Part shown: positions 19,222-22,655 of the stretch, in pieces
How the letters are laid out: every line of letters begins with the position of its first letter
Numbering within the stretch: the first letter of the stretch is position 1
Assembly: GCF_002105155.1 (NCBI RefSeq)
Contig: NW_019029019.1
Span: 372,001 to 394,655 of the forward strand
Origin: Lobosporangium transversale
Taxonomy: Eukaryota
Direction: 5' to 3'
Length of the DNA: 22,655 bases
Notes under the pieces: generated by a model
Databases searched by the model: none
What the model saw: the letters and a program-made list of their open reading frames with translations, nothing else
What the model was told of the DNA's origin: nothing
Made by a program: the position numbers and the translations under genes

Positions 19222-21126
19222 TCAAGGTCATGGGGTGTAGCCTAGATGTTGCCTTTAGTATTCAAGATATCTGAATAAATTTCCTGTTGAATAAACAAAG
19301 TATAAAAACTCAAAGAAGCTGATTTGACCCAATTCAATTCAAGCAATCAAAGACCAAGAAATGCCTAGCTGCTGGACGATGCTCATTTATAAGCTGTAGT
19401 AGCTTCATGAAGAAGAAAGAATAACATAGCTTCCAAAGGCCTGTATTTTATATCCATTTCTAAGAAACAAGACATGAACATGCTATTGGATTGTAATGCG
19501 ATCCCATATAGGTCTCACGAATGACTTATAGAATTACCAGGAGGGCTAGGTCCTTTGTCCCTTCGCACGGAACCTTTGAGTACTGGCTATTCTAGTCTTG
19601 ACGTATTGTATATGTCTTTTTTTTTTTTTTTTTTTTTTTTTTTTGGAGAATTCATTCTATATATCACCGTAAGAATGGAAGTGCTCAGTTTCAGATCTAT
19701 CACAAGAACCCCTTCTCGAGATATCGAGGTAGCGATTTTTATGTTCATGCCTCATAATATATAATTGACCTTTTGCGCGTACCGCTTTTGAGCCCACCAG
19801 CGTGCTTTTGACGAGAATCTAATCATTGCCGGCAGGGTCATTGACCAACACACATGCATGCATACGCATGTATTATTGGTAGATTAAAGGAGGCCATTGA
19901 CTGCACGATAAATACGATGGATAATAGTTGTGGAGTTAAATGGGAAGTGTGGATCTATTTTGTAGTACAACATCACCCGAGTATTTACCGGTTTTCTTCT
20001 AGGCTTGACTATACTCATCTCATTCATTAGATCAGTATTTCATATATTTTTAAATACTATCGAATGTATTGGGTCAACTATTTTACAGATGGCCAAATAT
20101 CGCGAATTCAAACAACATCTTTTACTTTAAAAATACATGAATTTACTGACCAAACGAAGAAGGAATAGTTTGGCTTTTTCTTTTTATTTTGTACGCGCAC
20201 AAACTTTGGACTTTTTATTACAGAGGTTGGCATTAGAGACTTATACCGATGCCATTTTTGGTTAATACGCTATCAATTACAAAAGATTTATTAAGTTATA
20301 GGATTATAATTGACAGAAACCTCTCTAAAAGAGATATCGGTATGAGTCTCTACCCAAAAAAGCAATGCCAAAGGAAGTTTTTGCTGATACAAAAGATCGA
20401 CATGTCTGTAGAAGACATAAATTTTTGGTGGCAAAATTTCGAAGCCATTACACCTGACAGTAACAGATCTTTGAAGAGTCATGATGCCTTCTTACACACC
20501 GTTGCTGTAAGTTTTGTTATCATTTATATTGGCTTCAGCCACCTCTACATCACATTCTCTCACATCTCCACCATTTCAGTAGCCCGTATTTCAAGATACA
20601 TTACCATCATGTGTCTGTTCCTTCCCGCCTGTTCTTCGCATGAGTTCGTCCATAGAACACAGTTGACATCACATACGCGCAAAAATAAAAAGATAGTTAC
20701 TGTTTTTTAACTCGAGTTCAATTTAGTTAGTTTAGAAAACTGAATCAGTATAATAGATAACCAAACACTCAGCTGTAAACACCCGTACGCTTAACTAGAA
20801 GTCTTTAGTTATTAATCGCCGCACTAGGCCTTCATCTCTCCTTATTTAACAACAATTATCGCGCCTTGGGGTACGAAACACAACACAAAAGGTGTATTTA
20901 GGGATTAAGTTATAATGTATGAAAAAAAAAATGGTGCCACATTGGGCAATGTGAGGGCTTCCAAAAGACCGACGGATAGTGTAATTTATTGGAGAATGAA
21001 ACTGCCAATTATCAATATAGAAAAATAGATTGCTATGTACATTAATGAAAAAGTGGTGTTGCTAAGAATAGCTGACGGTACTTGGGTTCCGTGAACTTTC
21101 CTAAAGAAAGAGCCGGCTGCAGGCAA

Positions 21127-21502
21127 TTAACCAGACGATTGCTCGGTAGGTTCGTCAACAATCTTATTCGAACCACCACCATGGCTAGCTTGGCCACCTT
21201 TTCTACCAGCTTCGCGTGCTCTCTCGCTGCCAGGCTCGAATTTTCCGCTGGAAGCTTGACCGCCCTTAGATGCAATAGAATGCTGTATCAAAGTGAAAGA
21301 TGGGTTTTTAGGAGCATGAATACTTCAGCTCAAACGAGTAAGGTCTAAAATCGCATTTAAACAAAAATTAACTCACCTGCTTAGCGGGATCCATGGAAGC
21401 AAAACCGCCGGTGTGGCTAGATTGACCACCTTTGCGAGCGATCTCTTGAACTTCTTCCTTGGGACGGTTTGCAAAATTGCCAGGGTTAGGATTGTTTGTC
21501 AT
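21127..21502 (-). CDS. con-10: Conidiation-specific protein 10 / KGG-repeat stress protein, 93 aa. Exons 21502-21377 and 21282-21127
   Basis: MTNNPNPGNFANRPKEEVQEIARKGGQSSHTGGFASMDPAKQ | HSIASKGGQASSGKFEPGSERAREAGRKGGQASHGGGSNKIVDEPTEQSSG*. Three KGG repeats and a phase-0 gtgagt..tacag intron. Missed by the ORF track. Confidence 0.95.
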
Positions 21503-22655
21503 TTTGGATAATGGGGTGATTACTCGAAAGGAGCGTTTGATACTTTGTCTAAATGGATACAGTTTGGATATATGCTTTAAATGAATGGTTTTTTGTTACG
21601 GTTGTCAAGGATGAAGACCACTCATTTAAATACCTTTTGGAGATGCGACTTTTTGACCGCTGTTATAATAGTTATGTCAGCGCTCCCACGGAAGAGAGAA
21701 GCTGATGGAATCACAGTCTTTAGTGTTGAACGTACACATGTCTCAGTTTCGACCGCGACAAGAGTAATGAGCGCGCATATCTTTTTTGACATTGGTAAAC
21801 GACATTCTGATGCATTGCCGTCCTATTTCCCTATCATTGCAATGTTTCACTTGTTTTCCCACATCTACAGTACACAAGCCACCACTGATAATAATAGTTA
21901 AAACGGAACTGTTATATACGTATATACTTTAATTCATTAATGCTTATTTCGTAATTGTGACAGTTACCCAAGGATAATTTGGCTGCTATCTTTGTTTCAG
22001 CACGCGTTTTGCACTAATCTCCTAATTTCAAGTTAAATCAGTATCCAGCGCTCGTTGGTGCCATAGTGTATCAACGGCACTAATCGCCTACTTTACGCTA
22101 CTTGGATGTAGAAAAACTTTACATCAACAATCTTATACCAATAGATGATTGGATAGAATATTCTGGCTTTGTCATTATTAAGACTAGAATGTGGCTAAGT
22201 TGATGTACGTGAATTTTTGATGTGTAGGCAATAGAATACGAAATGGAGCGAACTGTCTCCCGTAAAAATAATTAATAGGCTATGAAGCTTTCACAGAGGC
22301 ATTGGCTGGGGACAAGGAAAGCTTGATGAGCCAAATATCATTGACGATAATATTGAGAACAAATTCCCTAGTAATAATAATAATTCTGGATTGGCTCCCT
22401 CAACCCTACTTGATATAACTTGTGCCAATCCTGGCTTGGTCTCATGTACTGTACCTACTCAACAACACTTGGAGATGATGGATATTAGCAAGGGATGCTT
22501 AAAGTCTTGATGCCCTTTGAAGGATGAGCGAGGTTATCGTTATCCCCGCTTCTGTCCTCTGATAATTTGCTGTGTGCAGAGATTCATGCTGCGTGCTCTT
22601 TTTGGTTAATACTTTTCAATTACAAGAATTGTGTTAAGCAAACCAAAAAGAGCCA

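Noticed and set aside
20249..20710. 153-aa ORF with DINFWWQN resembling a hAT dimerisation motif
   Set aside because: A single weak motif, no other hAT features, and noncoding-like composition.
21042..21348. ORFs 21042-21275 (-) and 21082-21348 (+)
   Set aside because: Wrong-frame and antisense shadows of con-10 exon 2.
22280..22510. A ~75-codon stop-free stretch on +
   Set aside because: No start codon, splice support or recognisable homology.

Overview
AT-rich, intron-containing eukaryotic DNA with long poly(A/T) tracts, most likely fungal. An early-diverging lineage such as Mortierellaceae is my inference, not something I can prove here. From left to right: (1) the 5' five exons of a SETD6/Rkm4-type SET-domain lysine methyltransferase (-); (2) a decayed, inverted copy of the 5' end of the nucleoporin-like gene that lies 13 kb away (+); (3) a possible Tc1/IS630 DDE relic; (4) a cluster of four intact and one pseudogenised AIG1/GIMAP-like P-loop GTPase paralogs in strictly alternating orientation, with different C-terminal tails and a shared CTTCGCC(A) upstream motif; (5) a 4-exon, ~1462-aa Nup60/Nup1-like FG nucleoporin (-); (6) a small secreted 6-Cys protein (+) with a 5'UTR intron and repeated upstream motifs; (7) a two-exon con-10 KGG stress protein (-). 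The best candidate for an undescribed system is the co-regulated GIMAP/IAN-like GTPase cluster, which sits inside what looks like an inversion with duplicated ends.
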